Shown: piece by piece, positions 1-14,331 of the stretch
Layout of the letters: each line of letters begins with the position of its first letter
Position numbering within the stretch: the first letter of the stretch is position 1
Source: the human T2T-CHM13v2.0 reference genome, Homo sapiens
Assembly (NCBI RefSeq): GCF_009914755.1
Contig: NC_060929.1
Direction: 5' to 3' (one strand)
DNA length: 64,000 nucleotides
Program-made: the position numbers and the translations under genes
Notes under the pieces: generated by a model
What the model was told of the DNA's origin: nothing
The model's database searches: none
What the model saw: the letters and a program-made list of their open reading frames with translations, nothing else

Positions 1-180
1 CCTGAGACTGGGTAATTTATAAAAAATAGAAAATTATTTTCTGATAGTTCTGTAGGCAAGGAAGTCAATGATCAAGATACCAGCATGTAATGAGGGCCTT
101 CTGTTGCACTCTCAGATAGCATTAGTTTAAATGGCAAGAGAAAGGCAGAACTCTATTTGAGAGGGCTGTTGCAACCTTAC
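1..180 (-). mobile_element. Partial MaLR LTR (MST/MLT1-type)
   Basis: cctgagactgggtaatttataaa...aagtcaatgatcaagataccagcat resembles antisense MST/MLT1 LTR. Confidence 0.6.
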
Positions 181-1769
181 AGCATGATACATCTTGTGAA
201 ATATGGTTTTGAACATTTTTATTAAAAATGTAGGCATCAAAATCTCTACCATTTGTGTCATGTTATAATAATAACTATAAAACTGCATTATTCAGAATAT
301 GTAACAATAAAAATTAATATTAAAAAGTTTTAAAATGTATTTGCTTTTGCATATATCGTTTCTATTGATCATAACAACCAGATGTGATAACCAGGGCCAG
401 ATATTTCTACTGTTATCATTAGAAATCAAAGAAAACTAACATATTGGATGGTTTTAAAAATTATAAAAATTGTAAGTGTACATATAAATATTAACTTGTA
501 AGTCATCTTGCAAGTATTATAATCAGATTTCATTTTCAAATCGTGATGAATCTAACATGATACCTAAGTTTGTATATTGAACAATGTGTATACATGTGCA
601 CACACTTTTAATTTATATTTTTCTCATTCTGAGTGATAATGCAGCAAAATTTAAAGAGATTACACTATAATTATGTTTAAAACCTTACTTGTACTTTTGA
701 AACAAATCACAGGTTGAGTCATGATAACAGGACAAAATATACTTAGCTGCTGAATATAAACAAAGTATACAGAAACGTAAATCTTGCAAGCACAAAAGTG
801 TTAAAAACAGCAAGATCTAGAGGCTCAAGTACAAGAGAGATATATTATACCAAGAGCAGTAATCTCAAAAATTTATATCCCAAATGTGCAGACTTGATCT
901 TATTTTCAGTCAGTGTGTTCTGTATGGAAGATGAACATGCTCCTGACAACGGAGTATGATTTAGAAAACTATATCCTGCACAGAGGGATATAAAATGTGA
1001 TTATATACTGCACTTCTGTGCAAAATTTTAAACAGAATTTAATCAATCACTTTGAAACCTAGATGTATTTGTGGAACAATGACATCACTTTGAAATTATG
1101 TGTAGTTTGTAAATGCACAAAATTAGTAATGTATTTTGTGTAAATGGATTACTTTGGAAAGAAACTCATAAGAACTACATTATCAGACAAAACATTCTTT
1201 GAAAATTTGTGTGCTACAAGGCAATTTGCCATTTCATTTTAATAGAATGTTCCATGCTGAAAATGTCTAACTGCTCAGAAGTGGAATAGGAGTGTAAATT
1301 TATTATCTGAGAAAAGAAAATTAATTGACACAGGCCAAAAATGTAATGGAATTAGACCCATGTGCCTTAGTGAGAACTTAGGAACTCGATCTGGGCTCTA
1401 TGGAGTGACAAAATTATGCAAAAAAAAAATGAAGTATGTCATTTTTGCACAAAGCTCAGGATTTCTCAAAGGAATATTACATAAAATAATGAAGTCTCCT
1501 TTATCTCCAAGACAGTCCAGTCTTAGAACGCAATGGAACATGCCATTTGAAATAAAAAACAAATTTTGTTTTTGTTTTGTTTAGTTATGTTTGGTGCTAT
1601 TTTAAGTATTTAACATTCATAAAGAGAGAATTAGCAATTAATGAGATAAAGTTTAAAAAAAATCTAGAGATCAGGACAAGGTAAAAAAAAATCATTCAGT
1701 CTTGCAAATCTGTTATTTAATAGGTCATGTTTTAAGAACTGGGAATACAGATACTATGTGTATTTTAAA

Positions 1770-2132
1770 TAGAAAATTTGAAATGTACAAGAAGTCATTT
1801 TTAAATATAGTCACTCTGCTATAAAGTCAATCTCTAAAACTCAATCTTTGTGTCTAACTGAAACTGTACCCTGTGAACAACATCTCCCCATTCCCTATCC
1901 CTTGCCTCCAGCATTAACTAGCATTCTACTCTCTGCTTTTAAGGGTTTGCCTTTTTTCGATTGCTAAAAAGTCTATTTTCAGTGTTCTCACAACAAAAAG
2001 ATAAATATGTGACATAAGAGATGTGTTAAGCAGCTTGATTTAATCATTCCACAATATAAATATATACGAAGACATAATACTGTACCCCTCAAAACAATTA
2101 TTATTTATTTAAAACATTTAAAAACAAAAAAT
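1770..2132. mobile_element. Old L1MA 3' end with a 5' inversion (antisense 1770-1960, sense 1960-2132)
   Basis: Antisense tatagtcactctgcta...cattctactctctgct followed by sense ttgctaaaaagtctattttcagtgttctcacaac...A-rich tail; the two pieces are contiguous in L1MA coordinates. Confidence 0.7.
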
Positions 2133-2352
2133 GAGACAAATATCAGGAAAGTAATTTTATACATAAGCTAGATAATTGCCTATAGCTGCGTATGCTGTGA
2201 AATAATTTCTGTTTGAAAAGACGGGAAAAATTATATGGCAAAACCATAGTGCAGTAATAAATTTGCCATGTTTAGTAAACAAAATATAGTTCAATGTGAC
2301 TGAAGCATACCAAGAGGCAGGAGAATGTGGTGTACACTGTAGTGTAGAGGAG

Positions 2353-4595
2353 TGTCTTAGTTTGGGCTGCTATACAAAATACCATAGATTGAGTGGCTTA
2401 CAAATAACAAAAAAAGTATTTCTTACTGTTCTAGGGGTTGGAAGTCCAAAGTCAGAGTGCCAGGATGTTCTGGTTTTGGGGAGGGCCCTTTTGCGGTTGC
2501 AGACTGTTGGGTTTTTGTATAAGCACATGGGGAAAGAAGTGAGAGCTCTCTTAGGTCCCTTTTATAAGAACACTAAGCCTATTCATGAGGCCTCTACTAT
2601 GACAACCTAATTACCTCCTGAAGGTCCCACTACTAATACCATTACATTGACAGTTACGATTTCAATATACAGATTTTGAGGGTACACTTTAAAAATTCAG
2701 TCCGTAACATTCTGCCCCAGGTTCCCCAAAATTCATGTCTTCACATGCAAAATGCAGTCATTCCATTCCAACAAATCCACAAATCTTAACTCATTCCAGC
2801 CTCAAGTCCAGTCTAAAGTCCAAGGTCTTATTTAAATATTACCTAAATCAGATGCAGGTGAGCTTCACGGTACAGTTCATTCTCACAAAATTTCTCTTCA
2901 TCTGTGAACCTGTGGAATCAAACAACATGAACTCTCAAAATACAATGGTGAGACAGGCATAGGATAAACATTCCCATTCCAAAAAGAACCACTATTCGAA
3001 AAAAATAAAATATATGAATGCTGGATCCCAAGTAAATCTAAAACCTAACAGGGCAAACTCCATCAAACCCTAAGGTTCAAGAAGCATCCTCTTTGGCTTG
3101 ATGACTCACCTTCCAGACAGTCCCCGACAGCTCAGTGAGGCACTGCTCGCTGCTGACTCTATGCACTGGACCCACTTATGGCACAGTCTTTTGTCAGGGC
3201 TGAGGTCACTCACCCAGGGCTTCACTGGATGGCCCTCCCACACAGCTCCTCTGAGCATCATTTCTGTCCTTTGAAATCAAAATGGAGGCAACCTTGGCCC
3301 ACCTTGCCATACCCTCTGGATTTTTGGTAAAAGCAGCAGCTGTAATTGTCTCCAAATCCCCTTTGCGCCCCTTCTTCCGTAATTTTGAAGGAGAGAATAG
3401 CACACATCCACAACTGAATAGCTCTCGGGTCCGGGCCTGTAGGGCTTAAGCATTCCGAATGTCTTCCTTTATTTCGTCCCATTATCTCTGTTTCCTTTAG
3501 TCCCAACTGGCAGTGTTTCTCCTGGTATAATCCCATTTCTAGTCATGGTTTGTGTTGAGATGTTTGATTAAGCCTGTGGTTCACACCCATATTAATCAAA
3601 TCAGTAAGGGTCCGAAACACTCTTCATGTTCTCTTCAGAACACACTTTCTCACTTTTTTTGCAATATGGACAGGCTGAGAATTTCCCAGATCTTAAATTA
3701 TGGTTACTTTTTCCTTAACAATTCCATCTTCAAACCTTTTTCTTTTTCTACATTTGACTCTACGGATTCAGAAGGAACCAAGCTGCTGCTTCTACATGTT
3801 GCTGAGAAATCTGCTGGGTTAAATGTCCAATTTCACTGCACACAAGTTCCACCTTCCGCAAAACACAAGAGCATGAATACAATTCAAAGAAGTTTGTTTC
3901 CACTTTTCAACATGGATTGCTTTTGCTCCATTTTCCAATAACATTTTCATTTCCATTTGAGACTCCAACAGAATGACCTTTACTGTCCATATTTTATCAA
4001 TATTCTGTTCATGATTATTTAATTATTTTCTGAGAAGACAGCGTTTTCTTCTATATTTCTTTCCGAGCCCTCACGAGAATTGGCTTTTAAATTTCTTCCA
4101 CAGTAATCTAGCATTTTGCATAAAACCTCATCAATCTCTGCCAATCACTGAGCCCAAAACCATTTTCACTTTGTTTTAGGTATTTATAATAACAGCACTC
4201 CCACTTCTCATGATCAATTTCCATCTTCAGCGGTTCAGGCTGCTTTAATAAAGTTCCATAACCTGAGTGGCTTTTAAATAACGGAATGCACATCTCACAG
4301 TTCTGGAGGCTGGAAGTCCAACAGCAGAGTGCCAGCATAATTGGGTTCTGGTGAGAGAGCTCTCTTGGGTTTCAGACTGCTGCCTTCTCAATGCAGCTTC
4401 ACATGGTGGACAGAAAGAGCTCTCAAGAGTCATTTTTAAGGGCACCAATCTAATTTATGAAGCCTCCACCATAATAAGCTAATTACTTCCCAAAGTTCAT
4501 TATAAATATGCAGCTTATAGGTCCTGCTACCATCATACTGAAGGTTAAGTTTTCATCACATGAATTTTGAGGGGACACAACATTCAGTTGCAACA
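2353..4595 (-). mobile_element. MLT1A-type MaLR provirus (LTR 2353-2710, internal, LTR about 4222-4595)
   Basis: Two similar LTRs (ggctgct...ataccatagattgagtggctta / ggctgct...ccataacctgagtggcttt, both ending ttttgagggg/tacac...aca) flank a MaLR-int sequence. TSD not preserved. Confidence 0.8.
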
Positions 4596-5945
4596 AAAAA
4601 TACTCAGTGGTTTTTAATTACAATATTGATTATGTAAATACAGAATAAATTTTAGCTCTAAACATTATCCATGATGTGATTAATTAAATTACTAGTTTAA
4701 AAAATTGAATCTGTAATTTATCTTGCCTCTATAATTATTATAAGAACTTGTAAACTTTTAACTTGTTTTCTTTAATTTGACCATTTCTGAAATTGTATCT
4801 CTAAGTATTGATATATACACTTCCTAGTGCATATAAAAGTTATGCATATTTAGAGTAATAAGTAGTGTGTTATCATGTTTTTATATCAGGGCAGGAAGGG
4901 AGAAGTTGAAGAACAAAGTGTCCTTTTCAAGAACTTCAGCCCACGTATCTTTCTACAGGACTATAACATGTCACCAGCCACAAGGGCAAGGAGACTGGGC
5001 ATTGTAGTTATTTGGCAGGACACATTGCTCTTTCAAACAAAAATGGCATTCAGAAACAAGAAAGTAGGGAAGAGAGGTTTTGGTTGGACAACTTGCATTG
5101 TTGTCCCTTCTTTTCTTAGACTTCCAAATTCTTGGTTTCAGAATTCTTTATAAGGTTACCCCTCTGAGTAATTTTATCGGTCCATTAAATCTCCCAAGTC
5201 CAGGTCCCCAAGCTCTTCTCAACTAGTATGACAGCAACTTGTATAGAGATGTCAATGCAGTACAAATGCTTGTTTTAAAGTTGTTTTAATCCAGCTTCTA
5301 TCATTCTAAATATTGTTTTAATCCAATATTCTAATTCAGAATATTGAGAATAAACTAATCTTACATGAAATATCTTTTTTCTCCTATTATTTGATATGTG
5401 TGTCTATAAAATAACATTTTCTAATTACAGAATGTGCAAGCAAAAAACAAAAAGGGCCTGTGTCCCTAGTCCCATTTTCTTGCTTGGAGGTAACATCCAC
5501 AACATTTTTAGTTTTCTGTTGTTCTTCTCTAATGCTCCCAATAATATACCTTTGTTGTGGTTATTGTTGTTATTATTGCTCTTGCATCAAGCACTATCTC
5601 TTAGTGCTCATGCACATCCTTACCGAGGTCCATTTCTTTACTCTCTGCCCCATTCCAAGTTGTGTTAGGTAGAGGATTATACTGATCAAGTCCTGTTTTT
5701 AGCTATCTTCATAACATTAACACTTTAAACCTCAATGTCTTCACTGTTCTACTGTCCTATGAGCTCTAGCAATCTCAAGTTTCATGTCACTTCTCAGACT
5801 ATGGCAATGGTAATCTGCATTAATGGCAAAATCATTAATATTGATGAAAATTTTTATTTTCTGCCCTTCCCAAAATCATCTACTTCTTTGGAATTTACAT
5901 TAGCAGGCAACAATGGCAGTGGCAATACTACCTTTTGGAAGGTAA

Positions 5946-6638
5946 CTGTAGCTCCACCCTTATCTGTAAAAAGATATGTATTAAGACCCCCAGTTGATGC
6001 CTGAAACAGTGGATAGTAAACATGTACTATTTTTCCTACACATACATACTTATAATAGACTGTAATTTAAAAATTAGGCATAGTGAAATTTAACTAATAA
6101 TTATAGTAGTTTATTAGTTAAACTACTACTAATTATTATAGTAGTAGTATTTGTTTAAACTAATATACTCATTATGGGAGTAGTATTAAACTAATAGGCT
6201 AATTATATTAGTTTAATAATTCTATTAGTTTATTAGTTAAACTAACACTACTAATGATAATAGAATTATATTAGTTATACTAATATATTATGTATAGGAG
6301 TAGTATACTTCTATAATTATATAGGAATATAATTATATTCCTTTTACTAATAATTATATGAACATAACTAATAATAGAATTATTATAACAATATACTGTA
6401 GTAAAAGTTATGTGAATGTGGTCTCTCTTTCTCTTGAAATACCTTATTATTATCTACTTTTCTTTTTGTGATAAAGAAAACAGGGAGTAGGATGGACAAC
6501 CTGAGAATTTATCACGTTATGGTACACAATTTCAAAGTTATTATTTCTATAACTTTTATTTAATATTTTTCAAAACATGATTGACCCCTGATAGCTAAAA
6601 CTGGGGAAAGTGAAACCGCTGGTAAGGGGGGACTGCTG
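5946..6638 (-). mobile_element. MER44/Tigger7-type DNA transposon with internal AT-rich insertion
   Basis: Terminal inverted repeats ctgtagctccacccttatc and ggtaaggggggactgctg; internal gacccccagttgatgcctgaaac and aaaagttatgtgaatgtggtctctct. Confidence 0.8.
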
Positions 6639-7879
6639 TGTTGCTAAAAGTGTCTTCCTTTGCTAAATGTACCAAGAGTAGATTCTCAAGAGGAGTAACA
6701 TAGATAGGAATTTACGTTGTAGATGGCCTCAGCTATTGCTAAATATCTACAAATTCACTTGGGAATAATATAAGCAGCCACATCAGCAACAATATCTTGA
6801 GTAATATTGTTAATGGAGCATCAGGAATTAGGGCTTTGCAATTATGAGATACATTTTTCCAAAGACATGATGCAAACATCCTTAGCAGTAGAAGAAAAAA
6901 GTTGAATTCCAACTCTTTGTCAAGAGGCATTTTTGGGAATTGTTATTATATCCAATTTTCGCCCAGGATTATGTGGCATGATAAATATGCCTTACAATAA
7001 CGTAGTTAAGAATATTATAGGTAATACATATTTCATCACCTTAAGAAATGTGAATGGCTGTTTGGAGGTATATTAACATCATGTAGATGGAGGTTCAAGA
7101 CTGCTGAGATAAAATTGAATACATTTAGAAAGACTGATGGCATATTTTCCTGAAGAGAATCTTTAGAAAACCAAAGAGTTAATGTCAGGTTTTCATATGT
7201 CTTAGTAGTCTGAATAAAACCTGTTAAATAATTTTTCCTGGAAGAAACATATTAATATTTAATTTTCAAAAAGTGATATTAATAGTTAATTATCCAGTTA
7301 TCTGGACTTTTTCCAAAAGAGTTTATCTATAAAGAGCATCTACTCTATGAAATGTAGAAATAAACTCAAAGGATAGTAAATCAGTATTCAGTCTGTAAAT
7401 ATTACCTCACTGTGTCCATGACATTTGTGAACTTAGTAACCAAATTTAAGGATTTAATGTGTTTGCTTGTTGTTAACATATATGGAGAGAGAAAAATAAA
7501 TGGATGAAGTTTCAGAATTTATCTAATTTTCTCCTCCATCAAAGTTAAAAATTAGCTGTTTGATTTCCTATACTGAGCTAAAATTCTCTGGCATTTTATC
7601 TTGATATTACTGACATCCTGGAAGGAGTATCTTGTTTGTTTGGCAAGTGGATTTTTTTAAAAAAATAAATTATTGCTTCATAATTTTTATTGTTTATATT
7701 TCAAGGTTATGAAAAATGCCCTTAAGAAATAGATGGTATATATATATATATAAAATATATATTTTAATCTGCATGTAGTATACCTGTTGTGACAAAAATA
7801 AACGAAAGCTTAATTTCTTGCCAAGTTGTAGACTATTACAGTATATTATTTTAAGCGTTATGCTATACATACTTCTTTT

Positions 7880-8685
7880 GAAAATTTATGGAGTACATGA
7901 GATGTTTTGATACATGCATAATAATCACATCAGGGTAAATTGAATATCCATCACTTCACACAGTTATCCTTTGTGTTACAAACAATCTGATTATACTCTT
8001 CTAGTTATTTTTAAATGTACGATTAAATTATTTTTGACTATAGTCACCCTGTTGTGCTAGCAAATGCTAGGTCTTATTCATTCTTTCTAACTATGTTTTT
8101 GTACCTATTAGTGTGCCCCGCTTTCCTCCCAAACCCTCACTACCCTTCTCAGCCTGTTAACCTTTATACTGTTTATCTCCATGAGTTCAATTGTTTTAAG
8201 CCTTAGCTCCCACAAATAAGTGAGAGCATCCGAAGTTTGTCTTTCTGCGCCTGGCTTGTTTCACTTAACATAATGACCTCCAGTTCTATCCACATTGTAG
8301 CAAATGACAGGAACTCATTGTTTTTTATGGCTGAATGGTATTCCATTTTGTATATGTACTATATTTTCTTCATTCATTCATCTCTTGATGGATACTTAGG
8401 TTGATTCCAAATTTTGGCTATTGTGAGTAGTGCTGAAATAAACATGGAGTGCAGATATCTCTCTGATATACTATGTCCTTTCTTTTGGTTATACACCCAG
8501 GAGTGGGATTGCTGGATCATATGATAGCTCAATTTTTGCTTTTTGAGAAACCTCCAGACTGTTCTCCTTAAGGGTCATACTAATGTACATTCCCACTGAC
8601 AGTGTGCAAGTGTTCCTTTTTCTGTATATCCTCGTCAACTTTTGTTATTGCCTGAATTTGGGATAAAAGCCATTTTAACTGGGGC
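7880..8685 (-). mobile_element. L1MA 3' fragment
   Basis: tttatggagtacatgagatgttttgatac...cccacaaataagtgagagc...cattttaactgggg, antisense L1 3' UTR and ORF2 end. Confidence 0.85.
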
Positions 8686-9055
8686 CTCTTAACTTTTTCC
8701 CCACACATTTCTTAATTCCTTGATGAAAAATGCTAAAAGATAAGTCACTTTCATACTTCCTAGATACAGTTATTCATTCACTCTTTTATTTTTTTAAGTT
8801 TCTTATTTAATAGATATGTATTAAATATTTACCTTGTCTCAGCCAATGTAATGTGTGACAGGCATACAAAGATGAATATAGCAGAAAGTTTATGCCTCTT
8901 AAGAAGCATAATGAAGTCATTTAAACAAATAATAGCTACAAATTTTGATGAGCACTGTCATAGAGGTAAGAATATTATGGTGGGGTGGGATGGAAGAAAT
9001 TAAAATATGTCAATCTACTTTGCGTTGTAAGGAAAATCTTGGCAAAGAAGATACA

Positions 9056-9431
9056 TGTTATGATTTGGCTCTGTGTCCCCACCCAAATCTCAACTCGAAT
9101 TGTAATCCCCATGTGTCATGGGGAGGGACCTGGTGGGAGGTGATTAGCTCAAAAGGGTGGTTTTCTATGCTGTTCTTGTGATAGTGAGGGGGTTCTCAGG
9201 AGATCTGATGGTTTTATAAGTGGCAGTTTCCCCTGCATGCTCTCTCTCTTACCTGCCACAGTGTAAGACTTGCCTTGCTTTCCCTTCACCTTCCACCATG
9301 ATTATAAGTTTAATTATAAGTTCACTTATAAGTTCAGCCATGTGGAATTGTGAGTCAAGTAAGCCTCTTTTGTTTATAAATTATCCATTCTCAGGTAGTA
9401 TCTTTATAGCAGTGTGAAATGGACTAATAAG
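9056..9431 (+). mobile_element. Solo THE1D/MSTA-type LTR
   Basis: tgttatgatttggctctgtgtccccacccaaatctc...ctttatagcagtgtgaaatggactaata. Confidence 0.85.
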
Positions 9432-10759
9432 ATAAACTTCAATAGAATACTTAAGAAATTGTGGTAATCAACTAGTTTATGAATGGAAAGAATCATTTTA
9501 TCAAAGGAAATTAAGAGCATAACAATGTGGCATTAAAACAGATTAGGGAGTTCTGAGGGTTGTAAGGATGATGGAACAGGTACATAATAGGACAATATGG
9601 GAGAATAATTAAAGAAGTCCTGAGGGTAGGTCACTGAGGCCTTATATGTTATAAAAGGGGGATTTTACTCTAGGAATTGGGAAAGTGTTTGAAGAAAGAG
9701 AATAGTGTGATTATATTTGCTTTTTAGTTTGAAAAGAAGTAGCCTGGAAATGAATGAGATTACAGCCAGAGAAGAGAAAGAATATATTTTGATGAAAGAA
9801 TATATTTGGGTACTGATAGAATAGTCCGGGTTAAAGATGATTTGGACCCTGGCACATGGAGGATGCTGTGGGGTCATAAAGGAAGAAATGGTAATAAAAA
9901 TAACTAAAGTTTTATTGGATGAAGTTTTCAAGCCAACAAAGCATAAAACACAGACACAAAAACGACGTCTAAAATGATTTCTTAGTTTCTTAGTCATGTA
10001 TTAGGTGTCAACCAAGACAGGGAATACAGACAGAGCAGTAAAGAGTTCAGCCCCAGACTCAATCCTATATGTGATTTTTGGGCCCATCCATAAACAATGA
10101 CAAAGACTTGACCAAGTGGGTCCCACAGGGAGAGCTGCCCTCCCCACACTAGTGCATAGTCCTCTAATGGCAGTTTCAGTAAGGGCTGCAGGGCCATGCT
10201 CACACACAGATCAGCATCACTTGACTGGTGCCTCCCCTGGAGGCCTCTCCACTGTGGGACCTTGGCAGACCTTCCCCAGGCATGTTTGCCCAAGACCTCC
10301 TTTTCATGGGGAGAGGAGGAGGAGTCTTGAAGACAATTGTCTTCCTTCTGATTCAATACTCAGTGCTTTTCCGCTCCCAGCCTTTTCCTGACCTTCCATA
10401 AAACTGCAGGAGCCTGTTGTTCAGGGTTCCTTTGATAGTGAGACAACTCCACATCTGTGCTGACCCATGTGATCCTTGATAGAGCTGTTTCATGAAGGAA
10501 AAAAAGGATGGGGACTGGACCGTCAGGGCTTTTTCCAGTTTAACCTCAAAGGTTTGTTAATGTCCTTTTGTCTTGATGTCTTAATTGCCTACTCCAACAC
10601 CTGGCTCTCTCTCCAGAGTAGTTAAGCTCCTGATGGCTGGGGATAAATTTAATGACTACTGTTTTGTATAAGTTGAGGTTAATCTAATTAATTTACCTAG
10701 AGGGAAAATTCTGACCTCTATCTCTGAGACCTCATCTAAAACACAGAGGTCATGAAGAT

Positions 10760-10960
10760 AAATCTGGCTTCTGCCTTCAAGGAGCTTACAGTCTGGTGAA
10801 GATGATAGCTGGATAGCTAGACATAACAATAAAACCACAGCTGTTCCCTTGTGATAATTTCTGTTATGAGTTATGTACATTGGAATATGAAAAATATATA
10901 AATGGTACATAACCAATTCTAGGAGGTCAGGGCAAGCTTCCTGGGAGAAATGCTGTCTAT
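10760..10960 (+). mobile_element. L2 fragment
   Basis: ctgccttcaaggagcttacagtctggtga and gtcagggcaagcttcctggga are typical degenerate L2 3' motifs. Confidence 0.55.
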
Positions 10961-12342
10961 AGGTAGACACAGAGAGACAAGAATCAAAGCCTCTTCTGAA
11001 GAAGGGTTAAATAAATCTCAGGCAGATAGGCTATGCATGACCTGCTTCTTTTATCTGTCATTTTTGTTGTTCAGTTACTTGCTAAATTTTAAGAATTTTA
11101 TATATATATATTATATTTATAATATATTATATATATAATATACATGTATATATATATATATCTTCTACATATCAGTGCTCTGTCAATTCAGCCTAATTCT
11201 GGCAAAAGCATTAAGGACTTCAATATTTACCAGGTTTGAAAGGGGAGCAGTCCTTTGAATTAGAATTATTTGAAAAATGTAGGGCTATTTTGAAACAACT
11301 ACCCAATTGAAAATGCATGGACACTATAACTATTATACTTGCAGATGCATACAAAAATACTTTTATTGTCACATGGGCACAAAGATGTATATTGAAAGCT
11401 GTTCACTGAAACAGTATTTATAATAATGAAACCTGGAAGCAACATATCTCTTAATGGGGATATAGACAAGTAAAGTACAACATATACATGTTATAGAAAA
11501 AAATGCAGCCTTCTCAAAAATGGGTAAGCTGTATAGATATAGAAAAGAAAAAAGCATTGTATAAATAATATGTACACTTTAATAAAAGTTGTACTAAATT
11601 TTAAATGTAATATAAATATCATACCTTCTATATATATAAAATTATCAAAAAGACTGAATTATAATACATGAAGAGTAGGAAAAAATAGTTGCACTGAGTT
11701 TTATATTTTCTGAATGTTTAAATCTTTCCACACAATATGTAATAATTATACTTTTAAAATGCCAGTAAGGTAATATATACAAATAGCTAATTAAAGCTTA
11801 ATAAGAACTTTGGAAAAATCTTTTTAATAAAGGTTTTACATACATCAGGGTTACAATTAAATTTAACATGCTTTTTATTTTGTCAATTTCTTTTATTTAA
11901 AAAATACTTAAACTAACTTCCTTTTTGCTTTTTCCTATTAAAAGAAAAAGCATTTTGCCCTCATAAAAGAAAATCAGTTTCAGATTACTAGTAATTATTT
12001 AGGTACTAATTAAAAAATAATGAATCTCAGTTACTAAATACACAAATAAGGGAGTTATATGAAACTGTGCAATAGTCATTCTATGGATAGTCATATTTAA
12101 AATAAAATGAAAAGAGACTAAAATATGCATTTGTGCTTTTAACTCTGAAAACCTGAATACCTATTCAACTGTTGATTCTGAGTATTTACAGAACTTTATT
12201 TCTTCTTTGGACATGCTTTCGCAGTTTTTACCTAATGTATACACATTTTTGCCTTGTTCTTAATAATTAAATATCTGAGAAAAAGATATTCAAAAAGTGG
12301 TTTTTTGTGCGTACTCATGATAAACAGTAATATAAAAAGTTA

Positions 12343-12650
<308 letters not shown>

Positions 12651-13056
12651 AGTTATAGAAATAAATATGATGATATGATTTACTGAAAGCAAGTCTCAAA
12701 TGCCTAAAAAAGGCCAAACTTCCTTTGGTCTTTGGATATCATTCTGGAGGGTGGGTGAGTCTACTTTTGTTTCAAATGTGTTATTTTCATTTATTTTTGA
12801 GCAAAAATATCATTTTATAATTTACACTTATTGAACATAAATGTGGAAATACTACTAAATTGTCTCCACATGGAAAATTTCTTGTGACATGTATTTCATC
12901 TAACTTGTGAAGTTCACAACTATTTCAAAAAACAGTTAAGCTTGTTCCAAAAACTCACTGCCATCCCACCAAACACACATATGGACTTGAGAATAATTAG
13001 GCTTTCAGAAACCACTTTAGTATCCAATTAATTGTAGTTTTCTTCAGAAAGTGGTG

Positions 13057-13154
13057 TAAATCTGATTATAGTTGCTTCATGTAGTATAAATCTGATTATA
13101 CACAGTTGTTTCATATAGTATATATCTGATGATATACAATTGCTTCATGTAGTT
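13057..13154. repeat. Three-copy 30-34 bp tandem repeat
   Basis: Units taaatctgattata----gttgcttcatgtagta, taaatctgattatacacagttgtttcatatagta, tatatctgatgatatacaattgcttcatgtagtt. Confidence 0.85.
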
Positions 13155-13248
13155 CAACTTGTTACTAGATAATCCATGTGTAATTGTCACAGAAAATCTT
13201 ACGTGTACATTTGGACAATGTCTCTATCTCTGTTTCTTTCTCTCTGTT

Positions 13249-13279
<31 letters not shown>

Positions 13280-14085
13280 GTCCTTTACAATTACTTTGGG
13301 AAAAAAATCACAAAAAGGAAAAAATCATTAATCTGAGATTATAACATAAAATCCACAATTTGTCTGTAAACTATCTTTAAATCTATGTTTATACTTGAAA
13401 TCTACTAGGCTTATGAGAGTCAAAGACTTCCAAGCTTTGAATATTCTTTTCACTTCAAAAGGAACTGAAAATCTAAATGTAATTTGGTACACCTTTTAAA
13501 ATATTCACTGCTGCCTGCCAGCTAGCTGCAGGTTATTTTAGCTACTAGAAGCAGCACTAATTTGCAATATCTTTCTAAGACTATCTATAGGTAAAAATTT
13601 GACATTGGCTGACTCTAACCAATGTCAAGCTTTAGGATAGCAACGTAATCCCTAAAAGAAAAATGAGAAATAACCTAACTATCTAAACATCAAAAACAAA
13701 TTAACCTTGCTTGCCCATTTTTAGGACAACATAACGGTTTCTTGAGATTTTTCAACATTTATGAAAAGATAAAAATTAAGATGAGTCATTTAATAGCATG
13801 CGTGCTTGAACCAATAAAATGATTTCTTATTTTATGAGTTGTTTTTAAAAAATGAGCCCAGATGTTTCAAATTATAAATAATTTGTCAATTTATGCATAA
13901 AGCCAAATTTGAAAAATGTGACTGGTCATTCCCATTAAGAAACTCAACTGAAAATCTGTTTCACTGAATCAAGCTTAAATAAGTAATTGTGTACTTAGAT
14001 GTAGCTGAATTCTAAGAACTATTTGGACCACAACTTATAGACTATATATTTTGCAAACTGTTTGCTGTTCTCTGACTTCAAGTAA

Positions 14086-14168
14086 GAGAGAGATATTAAG
14101 TGACAAATCATACAACGGAAAGGGAGAGATATTAAGTGATAAATCATACAGTGGAAAGAGAGTTATAT
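14086..14168. repeat. Tandem duplication of about 36 bp
   Basis: gagagatattaagtgacaaatcatacaacggaaag followed by gagagatattaagtgataaatcatacagtggaaag. Confidence 0.88.
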
Positions 14169-14331
14169 AGGAAGACTCTCCATTTTAACTCAGAATAAAA
14201 TATGTAACCATCTTTAAGTTTTAATGGGGAGACCTGTGTGGCTGACTTTTTTTTTCCCAATCTAACTTCCTCATTTGGAAGAATGTTTTGTTTCTGTATA
14301 TGAAAACTGAAGGATTTCTATTCAAGGCCAC

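Noticed and set aside
9997-10480. GC-richer island with 68-120 aa ORFs
   Set aside because: It is probably an old ERVL-type LTR; I could not assign a family or any protein similarity.
13057-14168. CRISPR-like repeats of 30-36 bp
   Set aside because: The units are directly tandem with no unique spacers, there are no cas genes, and the DNA is primate.
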